DNA from: Vicugna vicugna
Lineage: Eukaryota
NCBI GenBank assembly: GCA_013265495.1
Contig: MU058540.1
Coordinates: forward strand, 767,696-831,695
Length of the DNA: 64,000 bases
Reading direction: 5' to 3'
Program-made: the position numbers and the translations under genes
The notes under the pieces: model-generated
Database searches by the model: none
Seen by the model: only the letters and a program-made list of their open reading frames with translations
Told to the model about the DNA's origin: nothing
In this document: in pieces, positions 53,001 to 64,000 of the stretch
Position numbering within the stretch: position 1 is the stretch's first letter
How the letters are laid out: every line of letters starts with the position of its first letter

Positions 53001-55257
53001 GCCCAACATTGTAGCTAAGATTGGAATGTGGGAGTATTCCAATTTGTTCTAGAAAGAACGAAAGAGGCAGTAGAATCCCCAGTTTCTGGTTCCGAGCATT
53101 GTATTGGCTGTAATTCCAGGAGTTAACAAACTCAGTTTGGTTCTGAAAGAAGAGTGTCTGACTTCCTTTATCATCCTCAGGAGTACGAGGAGGGCCAGGC
53201 TCGGTGAACTGGACCATGGAGTGAGGTCCAGGCAGAAAAGGAAGGGGCACAGCTGACTCGGGGATGGAGAAAAAAGAAAGGGAAACCCCTCTCCAGGACT
53301 CACCCAGAGCACAGAGAGCATCATTAGCTGAGTTAGTCCAAAACAAAAAGTGACCCGCCCCATGGCCACCTAGGCACAGATCTGCCCCTGGTCCAATTTT
53401 CCTGCAGGCCGAGGGGTCACTGAGTCTGTTTTCTTGATCTGCCCTCATCCCCACGTGCTATAGGCAGGACCCAGAAGCTGTGTGGCTACAGAGGTGCCTC
53501 GTTTGGAGGTGACTCCAGTGTGGATATGGGGCTGGACCACATGGAGGCTACAGCTGGCTCCGAGTGCCAGGAGGGGTGTTGCTCAGGCCACGGAAGGAGC
53601 CACAGTCCTGCACCCAGGGAGGCCAAGAACTCCACCCAGGGGACTGGAGAAGGCCACACCTGCACCTGGGAGACCCTCCGTTGTTGAATGGGACTGAATT
53701 TTAAGTCAGATTGGGCATTTGCACAGTCTTTCTTGAAGCTACAGACCAAATAAAGAAATTTCATTTTCTCTGCCCAATGTTGTGTTGCTTAAATGTTGCA
53801 ATCCTGCCCCATCAGCCGCCATTATTACTAGGAGATGCTAACCCCTCTACCTCTCACCCTGGCTGCCAGCATCCCCTCCTTCTTTTCAAGGTACTTATAT
53901 GGTCATTAGTACTGAGAGCAAAATGCTGATACTGACTGCTCCGCCAAATGGCCGTGGGCGGAGTCCTGTGGCCCTGTGCCCAAAGTCCACAGTGAGTGAA
54001 TCAAACGTGCCTATCTGGGCCCAAATCCAGCGAGATGGGCCCGGCTGCCTCTCCCCACATCCCCAGCCTCGAGGTCCAGATAATCCCTGGAGGCTGGGTC
54101 AGGGAATACCTCCTCAGGGTCTCCTAACTGACTCCCCAGGGGTAGGGGACAAGCCTGGCGGGCAGGGGGTTTCTGGAAGCCGCAACCAAGGTAGGCAGGG
54201 GAGCCAGACAGACCAGAGTTAGAGATCAGGCAGCCTATTAACCCACTCCCCAAGGGGCTGGTAGGACCAAGGGAACCTCAGCTCAGACTGAGGATTAAAA
54301 CAGAAAATTGTAAAAGGTTGTAACATCCTTTTAGATCCTGAGATGGGTGCTTAGCCCAGGAGTGTGCCTGGAGGGGTCTCCCAATGGGTCAGGAGTGGGG
54401 ATGGCACAGCGGTGGGGAAAGGAGATGCCTTCAGTCCCCAGCGAGCAGCCAGGACAATGAAGAGGGCAGATGAGTCTCCCCAAAGATCTTTGCCAGTGGC
54501 CCAGGCATAGCACCCATGTCCACTGGGAGAGGAAGTGTGGAGGCTGGCAGGCTGGGGTTGGGGCTGGGGCTGGGGCACAGGCCACTGGGATGTTGTCCAT
54601 CCTTCTGCCACCGTTAGCATGTTACCTCCTTCCTCGTGGTTACAAGAGGCTGATGGTCCTCTAGGTACCAAACCCAGAGGGGAGGGACAGAAGTCCTGAT
54701 GGGCAGACTGGGCCCTTTTAGGCCTAGCACCTTCTACTTACAGCTCATCAGCTGGTACCACCTCACATGCCAGCCCTGTGTCACTGAGGATGGCCAGGGA
54801 GGAGGCCAGCACCCCTGCCAGCTATGTCCCAGCACAGCTGCCTCCCTGTCTCATCCTCCATCCCACCAAAGGCCCTCACACTGAGGGTGGCATAATGGCT
54901 TCACCAGCCTTCCTGCTGGCCCCTGAAGTGTTGACTGGCAGAAAGCAAGATGGATATGGCCTTGGCCAGCACAGAGTGGGTGGTGCAGTGTGATCAGATA
55001 TAGTTTGGGGGAAGCACAGGGTATTGGGAAACAAATAGGAGAGGTGCCACTCCCAGTCTGGAGGGGCGAAGGGCAGGGAGAGCTTCCAGGAGGTGGAGAC
55101 GGCTGAGCTAAGACCTAAAGATGGACAGAAGCAAGCGAGGGGAAGGAATTGGGGAGGGCGGCAAAGGACACAACTAAGAAACAAGAAGGAATTCAACTGG
55201 AGGGCCAGGCGGGGGCGCGCAGGGCAGAGGTGGGCAGTGTGGGCTAGAGAAAGGTCT

Positions 55258-55277
55258 GGACCTGCAGGGGGCGCCAG
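55258..55277 (+). promoter_or_regulatory. Candidate CTCF binding motif
   Basis: CCTGCAGGGGGCGCC at 55261-55275 is a close match to the CTCF core CCNNNAGGGGGCGC. Confidence 0.5.
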
Positions 55278-55446
55278 GGGCAAAGGGCCAATTAGGAGCC
55301 TGTTGTGGTTAGAAAAGCAGGGGTGACTGACGCCTGAGCTCAGGCAACAATGGAGATGGAGAGAGACCTGGGAGACAGACTTGAGGGGCTGGGGTGCAGG
55401 GGGAGCAGCTGTTTTACTTTTCTCACCTGTATAAACAGGATAAGAA

Positions 55447-55590
55447 TCATTCACTCACTCGCTCATTCATTCATTCATTGAGCAAATATTTTTGGGCCAC
55501 AGTCACATGCCCAAGGCCTTGGGAATACATCTGTGAACAAGACAGACAAGCACCCACCTCCCTAAGGCTGATGTTCCAGCTGGGAGGGTG
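55447..55590 (-). mobile_element. L2 3' end
   Basis: 'tcattcattcattcattgagcaaatatttt...gggaatacatctgtgaacaagacagacaag' is antisense L2. Confidence 0.8.
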
Positions 55591-57149
55591 GGGGAGAAAA
55601 CAAAGAAATGTTACGTTCAACAGCTGTGGGTGTATCGAAAGAACTAAAATCAAAGGATAGTATAGCAGATCTGCGGGCCCAGGCAGGCCGCTTCTTCTCT
55701 GGGGTCAGGGTGGCCGCCACGGGGCTGGGCTGAGCCTCCCTGGCCCTTGAGGAGGGAGCCCTGTGGGTACGGGGTGAGGTGGGTGTGGGAGCTGTCCAGG
55801 CAGAGGGGAGAGCAGGGGCAGGCCTAGCTCTCTCCGTTGCTATGGGGTCCTTGGGAAGACGGCCATCAGGCCTCAGCTTAGCCCCTGCATCTAAGGCCCT
55901 GTGAGGACCAAGGGTGGTGCCCACACTGGGAAGGAGAGGGTGAAAGGGGCTGACATGCAAGGGAGGTCAGGGAGGGCCGAGGACAAGAGGGGGCTAGATA
56001 GGCCCTCTCTAGGTGCTAACTAGAGGCTAACTAGCAGCCTGCCTGACCTGTTGGGATGTGTGGTTGGTTGCAGTGTGGTGTCCAGCAGTTTGGGGAGAGG
56101 GGCCTGGAGGGCACAGGTACTGGAGTATTGACTTGATGGACATGGGGACATGGCCCAGACAGCAGGCCCAGCAGCCTGAGGTACAGAGGACCACAGTGAG
56201 GTCAGGAGCCCCGACCAAGGGAAGAGGGGGGAGTGGACTTGGGTCACTTTCTGGGGGAGCAGAATCAGCGAGTGGGAGAAGCCGGGTGGATTTGGCGAGG
56301 GGTATGGCCACCGAGCCCGGCCCCAGAAGAGGTTACCCACACCACAGTGCTTACGTCCGCTGTTCCAACACCCAGGCACCCAGTTCTGCTCCATCTTGGC
56401 CCCCCAAACCTCTCTTTGGGCCTCAAAACTGTGTCTCTAAACATATTCAGCCCCACTAGTTCCTGAAATGGAAATTTGAGGGGGAAAACTTTTGTTTGTT
56501 TAAGCTATCATAAAAGAAGATAGTTATTCATAGATTTTTATGAGGAACTAGACAATTTCACAAAGCACTTTTGATGGGGAAGAGAAAGATGGGAAGAGTC
56601 ATTAGCATTTACTTAGTGCCTACTTAGTGTGCCCCCCACCCCGCCCCATGGGTGGGCAGCCACAGCCCAGTCCCCACCTACTCCCCTTCCAGTTCTCAGC
56701 CACTCTGAGTGAGCACAGGACAGCCACTAAACATGCTTTTTGCCCAGAGACACATCCTAACCCCGCTGGGCCCAGGGATGGAGGCATAGCCCTGGCAGCC
56801 TCCCACTTCTGACTGCCTTCTGAACCCTGAGTAGAGCCGAGAGGTGGAGGAGGTGCAAGGAGGTGCAGGTTTCATTTGCCCAGGATGTGGGAGAGGCCAA
56901 AAGGCAGTGGGAGCTGGAGGGAGCCTGTGTGCACGAGACGTTACACTGGAAGAGGGGAGGGCGCAGCTGGGAGAGGCTGAGCCTGAATGGGCGGGTTGGG
57001 GTGGCTCTGCAGGGCTGGGATGCACCTCTCAGGGCTATGTGATAGCCCTCTGGGTCCCCTCCACGGTACTTCCCACCTGGGTTTTATAGCAAGCTTTATC
57101 TGCCCCTGAGCCTGGCACATCACCAGGTGACCCAGCAGTGAGTGAGTGG

Positions 57150-57330
57150 CAGCCCCACTGCTTGGCAGCTCTGGGCCTTGGGCAAGTTCCTGACCCCTCT
57201 GAGCCTCACTACCCTCCCCTGTAAAATGAGGACAGCATGTCTCTCATGGGAGCTGTATGAGGGAAAAACATGACTAAACATTTCCAATTCTAAGCATAAT
57301 GTCTGACATATAACAAGTGCTCAGGGAAAA
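57150..57330 (+). mobile_element. MIR SINE
   Basis: 'ccttgggcaagttcctgacccctctgagcctcact...ctgtaaaatgagg' and 'tgtctgacatataacaagtgctca'. Confidence 0.8.
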
Positions 57331-57989
57331 CCGAGCAATCACAGTAGGATTTAGGGTTCATGGAGCACAGATGGCCCTGACCTCCCTTCTACCCCTGCCA
57401 TTCCCCACCCAGCCCATGCTTCTGATCCCACCAAACTGCCAGCCTCTCTCCAGATGCCCCCTGCCCCTTTGTGGTCTCTGCTTTTTGTTAGTCTAAGTTC
57501 CATGGGTCTGAAATGCCCTTGCAATTGCCCTTGCCCTTACCCTTGCCTCAGGCCTCCCTTCCACTCTCCTTTCCTCCATTTAAGCCCCATGGCTACCTCC
57601 CTGTCTCCTTCTGGATCTCCTCCCCTCCCACCCACAGGAGCGCCCTGGGAGCAGGGCTGCTAGCTCCTGGCTGCATCCTTAGCTGCACACACCTATGCTG
57701 TTGAAGCTGGCTGTCAAACTCCAAGGAGGACCAAGTGAGAATGCTGAGTCCCAACCCCAGGAGCAGGGAGAGTCTTGTTGGCCAGGTAAGGAGACCTCAG
57801 TCTGCCCAGGCTCCCCAGGTTCCCGGATTCCAAGACCCTTCTGCCCATCACCCCCACCCCCACCCCCCATGCCTCCAGGGGCCTTCAGGGCCGTGGCGCG
57901 TGGCAGCTGGCAGCAGCTGTGGTCAGGAGTCCTTCCCCCCTCACCAACATGGATCATCCTGACTGTCAGGGAGTCCCATAGTCACCACA

Positions 57990-58370
57990 AGACAGCCATC
58001 CCCTGCCTCTCTTATCAATAGAACCCTGCTTTTTAGGCAGAAACAAACTGCTTGCACAATTGCACAGTCCTCCTTGGCAGCCAGGTGTGGCCATGTAACT
58101 GGCCACGCCAACAACAGCCATTTGTGGATTTCAGGAAATGTCTCAAAGGGATAAGCAGGCTCCGCTCCTGCCCCTGGCTGGAGGGCTGACAAGTCATGGC
58201 TGCAGTCTCTGACCATGCAGTGGGAGCCACGTTGTGAAAATGGCAGTGCAACCAGAGAGCCGCAGTGCCCCCAAGAACCAGCCCTGGACTGCCCATGTGA
58301 AGGTGAGAAAAAAACGTCTATCTTATGTAAGCTGGTATCACTTCTCTGCAGGCAAACCTGGTCCTGACAC
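57990..58370 (+). mobile_element. MaLR (MLT1J-like) LTR
   Basis: 'cctccttggcagccaggtgtggccatgtaact' and 'ccctggactgccca...gagaaaaaaacgtctatcttatgtaagc'. Confidence 0.6.
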
Positions 58371-59051
58371 ACTATCCTCTGACCCCCTACTTCCTCCCTT
58401 CCTTCCACCAACAACCGTGAAGCACCTGCATGTGGAGAGCAGAGCAGGGACAGGAAGTGGCTACAGGCGATTTAGAAAGTGCAAGAGTGCCAACGAATAG
58501 GGCCATGGAGGTGTTGCGGGCAGAGGAGGACAGAGTGTGGGGAGGATCTGTCAGTGCAGGGGTGGTGGGCAGAACCTTCCAGAAGAGCAGGGGGAGTAGG
58601 AACTTTCCCCTTCCCATGGCTGCCCCAGTTCCCTGGAGGGCCCAGTGCCCTCCCTCACCTCTCCGCTAGCCCGTCAAGGCCAAGTTCCCCTCTCTGATGA
58701 GGTAGCAGGTGAGAGCAGGGATGCTGGACTGGTGAGAGGGGGCTGAGATGAGAGTCTGAGGTGGTGAGGGGAGGAAGTATCTCCTCAGACCTGCGTGTTT
58801 TTCCCCAATCAAGGCAGTTTGTCTAGAGGTGACCACGGCGCTCCCACCTCATTCCTCAGCCCTTGTGCTATCCACACAGCTCAATTCTTAGAAGTGGGCC
58901 CCCTCTGGGTCCCCACTGAACTCAGTTCAGCAAACACACACAGAGCCCTACTGTATACACGACAAGTACACAGGGCCACATGCTAAGGACATAACTCGAA
59001 GCCCTTCCCTGCAGCGCCCAGGACACCCCGCCCCGGCAGGCTGCCCTAGGA

Positions 59052-59217
59052 CAGGGGTGTGCTGGTAAATGTTTAACAACCAGTTCTCCAGAAGAAAATG
59101 CCCCGGTTTTTAGTATTTGCAGATTTCTGTGGTCTAAATCATCCACCATGGTGATGCTAAGCCTTGAGTATGAAGAGCCTGAATGTGGCTCTCAGGAGTG
59201 GCTCCAGCACATCACTG
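59052..59217. mobile_element. MER63-like hAT-Blackjack DNA transposon
   Basis: TIRs caggggtgtgctgg (59052-59065) and ccagcacatcactg (59204-59217). Internal 'gtaaatgtttaacaacc' and 'tttgcagatttctgtggtctaaat...ccaccatgg'. Confidence 0.85.
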
Positions 59218-59924
59218 CCAGGGGCTTCTCATCGCCTGTCACCAGTACCCGCCTCTACCATGGTGTCTTGGCCCTGAGCCCACAGGTTGCCTGGCCTGGT
59301 CTGTAGTCTTCCCACCAGACTGTACCTTGTCCGTGGCAGGTCAGCCACAGCCACTGGATAAAGCATCCTCTTGAGATGCTCCCCCCCCTTGACTTCTGCC
59401 ACCGCCACCCACCCCTTCCAGGCTTTTTCCTACTCTGCCATGGATTTTCCTTACCTCCTTGTAGTCAGAAGGCACTGTTCCCCAGCATGTGGAGCCGGGA
59501 GCCTAAGTTCTCCCTCCCAGGCTCTCTGCCCCGCCCCCAAGCAGGGCTTCCCCAGCTGTCTCCTTTCTGGCCTCTCCTCCCCTCATCCCTGCAGCTCTGC
59601 TACCAACCCCCTGCCTGTCCTAGGGAGGCCTCCATAGACACTTGCTGAATGCCTCTCCTGGAAGACGGCACTGTTCTGTCAGCTCTCTGGTGGCTGCCAC
59701 AAACTGTTGTCTTCAGGAAAGGGTGGAACATTCCCCTCAGCCTCCATGCCTGGCTCTCCCGTCCCAGTTCCAAGGCACCCAGGCATGAGCTGCTCCATCT
59801 CCAGACAGCTCAGAGCCAGGCACCCATCTGACCGGCAGCCTGAGGCACTGAGGCTTTCTGGTCCCTGAGTGGGACACTGATCTGGGCCCCCAGCCCCCAG
59901 GCTCCAAGGTGCCAACCCTGCAAG

Positions 59925-60235
59925 GGAGCTGCTTAATGACCTTGGGAGCTGTAATTACACCCCAGGGCCTGCTCTTAATAACCACGTATTCTCCCTGTCA
60001 ATGTGCCTTAATTGAAAATGAGTAGGCGACACAAGTTGCTGTGAAGTTGGCTGGCAAGCCCTTAACGTGATATTAATTGTAGTAATTAGTAGTCACTTTG
60101 TGTTGGAGTCATCTATAAATAGGGGGTCCATTAGTTTAGCAAAAGAGCGTGATTTAAAATGCAAATAAAAGCCCAATTAGACAGATAAATCACTCCTCTT
60201 TCCCAGCAAATTATCATCTTATGGGAAGGCAGGGA
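59925..60235. promoter_or_regulatory. Candidate conserved developmental enhancer
   Basis: AT-rich non-repeat block with TAATTA (60083-60088), MEF2-type CTATAAATAG (60113-60122), octamer ATGCAAAT (60159-60166) and ATAAATCA (60185-60192). Confidence 0.5.
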
Positions 60236-60701
60236 TAGCAGCCACTTTGAGGATGCATTGGTCAGTTCAGGGGTTCTGGAGTCTTATATCACCTGAGCAA
60301 CCCATCGGGGACACTGTCCCTTTAAACAGGTTTGCTCTGGCTCCCTCAGGAGGCTGTCATTCTTGGGACTCAAACTCTATTCTTGTGACTGGTGGTCAGG
60401 CCAAGTAGCTCCTCCCCCATCTGCTGATTGGTTCCCTCTGGAGACACAGGAGTACTTTTTAAAGGAACAATAGCATAGTGCACCTCTAGGTGCTGGGAGA
60501 ATGTGGTGTGGGAGGGGGTCCGCTCTTTGAATGTAGCTCTTCACATTCCAGAGTGAACCCACTGATGCCATGTGTTGTCCTGTGACCCAAAAGAGTTTAA
60601 AAAAATAGCACAACATTGTTCTGGGGGTGGACAACTTACTCTCCACTTCCTACTCCCTTCCACAAAAAAAAAAACACCTATGGAGATTGTTGGAAATAAA
60701 T

Positions 60702-60727
60702 ACACACACACACACACACACACACAC
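60702..60727. repeat. (AC)n microsatellite
   Basis: About 13 AC units. Confidence 0.95.
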
Positions 60728-61594
60728 CCGCAGAGCATTTCTCATAGGCTTTGGGCAACACTGGAGGTGGAAGTACTAGGTGGCAGCTGAGGAGGCGTTA
60801 AGAGGGCTCAGCCTCAAGGCCAGAGGGAAGATTGCCTCCTACTTAGCTTTCATTTGATCAGCGCTTCACTAATTTCCCAACACCTTCTCCCAGGCTAGTG
60901 TTTCCAGTCTCACAGTTAGGGGGGACCCTGAAATGTGACTGGATGTGGATGCTGGTACTCCCCTCTCAGGTCCCTGGAACTGCCAGAGAGCTGGTGTTCA
61001 AAGCCCAATCTGAGTTCGTCCCGCTGCCATTTTCACCTGCCCTCCTACCCCATCCTAGAGCCTTTAGGGGCCAGTAAGGCTGACACTCTCATAGTATTTA
61101 CATTTTAATGAAAGCTAAAGTTATAAGATAAAGCAGCCATCCCTGAACCCAAGTAAGAACAGCAATTGTTTTCTCCAACAGGAGTTTTCACTGTTATCCA
61201 AGACGTGAGGGGAACACAGGCAATTTGAGAGTACCATCCTTTAATTTGTCCTTTGATTGTCCTTTTGTGACACAGTGCTCACAACAAGTGATTTTAGTAC
61301 TTGTGATTTTTAATGTCCTAGTTGACAGAGTAAAATACTGGCAACCCTATGTGGATCTCCAAAATAGTTTTTGGAAATTTTGCCAGGGTATAAAATCCAA
61401 ATGTCTGGGAGCTGCAGAGCTAAAAGACTGAATCAGGGACTTGAGGCCAGATGAGTCAGCTTTGTAGCTGTGTGCATGGGGGCTGGGGGGAGAAGAGAGA
61501 GAGGTAGGGCTGGTGAAATAGGGACGTTTGTCAGCAGAGATTGCCTTCTCTCTGAAATAGCACAAGAAGATGACTAGATCATGGATAAGAAACT

Positions 61595-61700
61595 AGGAGA
61601 CCCAGACACTGTCTCATTCGATCTTGTTATATTACAGGTGAGGAAATTGAGGTCCAAGGAGGGAAAATGACCAGGCCAAGCCACACGGTGAGTTAGCAGC
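61595..61700 (-). mobile_element. MIR SINE fragment
   Basis: 'ttacaggtgaggaaattgaggtccaaggagggaaaatgaccaggccaagccacac'. Confidence 0.7.
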
Positions 61701-61785
61701 CTAGGCCCAGGCCATCACACACTGAGGGCAGCTCCTCCCTCCCTCACATGCCCCTTCTCCCTGTGTTGGCCCCTAAAGCAGACAT

Positions 61786-62277
61786 TGGAGCAGATGTCAT
61801 AGGAGAGGTGGGGTCTACCTTGGCCTGTTACTGAAACCAGAGTTCTTCCTTAGCAGGGACCATTTGTTTACTTCCAGAAAGTATAAAACAGCCCTGCAGA
61901 CCAGTAGACCAAGAAGTTCCCAAAGGAACAAAGACCAGACTAGAGAGCAAGCAGACAAGGCCACTCAGGCCAGCCTGTTGTAGTGACAGCTCTCACCCTA
62001 CTTCGACCCTCTCACCTCCTAGATAAAAACTAAGATCCCAGGAAGTGCTTGGCGGTGCCCAGCCCCAGACTGGTCTCTGCTCTTCCAGCCTCTCCTCCAA
62101 TTCACTCAGCGCCGACCCAAACCCTCTGAGGCCCCTCTCAGAGCTTATCTTTCCAGATGCCCTGGGGATCCTCTGGGGGTGTGTTCTCCTTTGTTGCAGC
62201 AAGCTAAATAAACCTAATTTTTAAATTACAGATGTGATCCTGGTGGCATTTGGTTGTTGGGCTTTGCGCATCCAACA
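61786..62277 (+). mobile_element. Solo LTR (probably ERVL-class)
   Basis: TG...CA ends flanked by the 5-bp direct repeat gacat (61781-61785, 62278-62282). TATA-like 'tataaaa' near 61882 and poly(A) signal AATAAA near 62207. Length about 490 bp. Confidence 0.6.
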
Positions 62278-62349
62278 GACATTTAAACCACAGCGTTCCA
62301 GGCAATGATGTGGTGAAGAAAAGCAACAGAATCCGAAACCGTGTGGCTT

Positions 62350-63710
62350 CAAGACAGACATGAAATGTGATCAGTGGAATAGAATCGAGAGTCCAGAAAT
62401 AAAATCATGTGTTCACGGTTAACTGATTTCAGTAAGGGTGCCAAGACCATTCAATGCAGGAAGGGAATAGTTTTTTCAACAAATGGTGATGAAACAACTG
62501 GGTAGCCACATGCAAAAGAATTAAGTTGGATCCTTACCTCACATCATAAACAAAAAGTAATGCAAAATGGATCAAAGAACTAAATGTAAGAGCTAAAACT
62601 ATAAAGTTCTTAGAAGGGGACGTGGGGATAAATCTCCATAACAGATTTGGCAATGGATTCTTATGTATGACATGAAAAGCACAAGCAATAAATAACAAAA
62701 AAATAAATTGGACTTCATGAACATTAAAAACTTGTGTGCCTCAGAAGACACTATCAAGAAAATAGAAAGACATGCCATAGAATAGGAGAAAGTATTTGCA
62801 AATCAGATATCCAAAAAGGGACCTGTATCCACAATAAACAACTCCACAATCAATAATAAAAAAAGACAATCCAATTTAAAAATGAACAAAATATCTGAAT
62901 ATTTTTCCAAGGAAGATATACAAATAGCCAATAAGCACATGAAAAGATGCTTGACACTGTTAGTCATCAGGAAATGCAAGTCAAAATCACAGTGAGATCC
63001 TACTTCACACCCACTAGGATGGCTATGATCTAAATATCAGATAACAAGTGTTCAGGAGATCTAAACCCTCAGACACAGGTGTTGGGAATGTAAAATGGTG
63101 CAGCCACTTTGGAAAGTCATCTGGCATAAAAAATGAAACATAAAGTTGCCATATGACCCAGCAATTCCACTAATATTAGGTATACACCTAAGAGAGGTGA
63201 AAACCCATGTCCACACAAAAACCTGCACATGATTATTTATAGCAGCATTATTGACAGTAGCCAAAAGTTGGAAACAAGCCAAGTATCTGATGCATGAATG
63301 AGCAAAACGTTGTCTATCCATACAATGAAATATTATTCAGCTATAAAAAGGAGTGAAGTACTGCTTCATGCTACAACGTGGATGAACCTTGAAAACATCA
63401 TGTTAACTGAAAGAAGCCAGACACAGAAGGTCACATATTGTATGATTCCATTTATATGAAATGTCCAAAGTGGGAAAATCTGTAAAGACAAAGTAGATTA
63501 GTGGTTGCTGGAGGGGTGGGGGTGGAATGATAGCTAAAGGGTATGGGGCTTCTTTTTGAGGTGATGAAAATATTCTAAACATTGACCAGTGATGGTTGCA
63601 TATCTCTGTGATTATACTAATTCAATGTCTACTATTACATTGTACACTTTAAGTAAGTAAATTGTATGGTATGTAAATTCTATCTCAATAAAACAGTTTA
63701 AAAGAAAATA
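62350..63710 (+). mobile_element. 5'-truncated LINE-1 (L1MB-like): decayed ORF2 3' part plus 3' UTR
   Basis: ORF2 hallmarks 'cagtggaatagaatcgagagtccagaaataaa', 'ttcaacaaatggtg', 'gacccagcaattccact' and 'tacttcacacccactaggatggcta'. 3' end 'tatctcaataaa'. No intact sense ORF. Confidence 0.95.
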
Positions 63711-63856
63711 TGGGTGACAGTGTAACTCAGTGGTAGAGGGTGTGCTTAGCATGCACGAGGTCCTGGGTTCAATCCCCAGTACCTCCATTAAAAATAAACA
63801 AACTTAATGACCTCCCCCCAGCAAAGGAAAGAAAAACAATTTAATAAAAAAAAAAG
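63711..63856 (+). mobile_element. tRNA-Ala(AGC)-derived SINE, resembling camelid Vic-1
   Basis: Head 'tgtaactcagtggtagagggtgtgcttagcatgcacgaggtcctgggttcaatccccagtacctcca' carries A and B boxes. It is followed by a tRNA-unrelated segment and an A-rich tail, with a 12-bp TSD taaaagaaaata (63699-63710, 63857-63868). Confidence 0.9.
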
Positions 63857-64000
63857 TAAAAGAAAATAGACTCAGGCCCTTCCCCATGGAAGCTCCATTC
63901 TAGAGAAGGTCGGCATAAAACAGACCACCCCACGAATGTATAGTGTCCACTGATACAAGGACTATAATGGAAAAGCAGAGAGAGCTGTGAGACCAGGCAG

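Noticed and set aside
63061..63321. 86-aa minus-strand ORF resembling 'hypothetical proteins'
   Set aside because: It is the antisense translation of L1 sequence.
63712..63787. tRNA-Ala(AGC) gene
   Set aside because: Degenerate acceptor stem, SINE-type tail and flanking TSD identify it as a SINE head.
1..64000. CRISPR arrays, operons or other prokaryotic/viral systems; naming the locus
   Set aside because: No regularly spaced repeat-spacer arrays or long gene-dense ORFs, and the sequence is mammalian throughout. No recognisable exon or miRNA anchors a locus name.

Overview
Mammalian non-coding genomic DNA, most likely from a camelid (alpaca, llama or camel). That inference rests on a tRNA-Ala(AGC)-derived SINE at 63.7 kb resembling the camelid Vic-1 family and a cetartiodactyl-type L1 3' end at 0.6-1.0 kb. 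I recognise no protein-coding gene: all listed ORFs are 231 aa or shorter and look like chance ORFs in GC-rich DNA. There is no rRNA, bona fide tRNA, CRISPR array or prokaryotic system. The window is a fairly GC-rich, MIR/L2-rich landscape with MaLR/ERVL LTRs, hAT DNA-transposon fossils, old L1 3' ends and microsatellites. It also has a CpG island with GC boxes at about 30.7-31.3 kb and several AT-rich, repeat-free, homeodomain-motif-rich blocks that look like enhancer-type conserved non-coding elements. The most notable sequence-level observations are a 171-bp local direct duplication with a 130-bp perfect core, nested transposon insertions with intact target-site duplications, a candidate CTCF site and a few well-bounded candidate exons. 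I cannot name the locus, repeat family names come from remembered consensus similarity rather than a search, and I found no convincing novel biological system.
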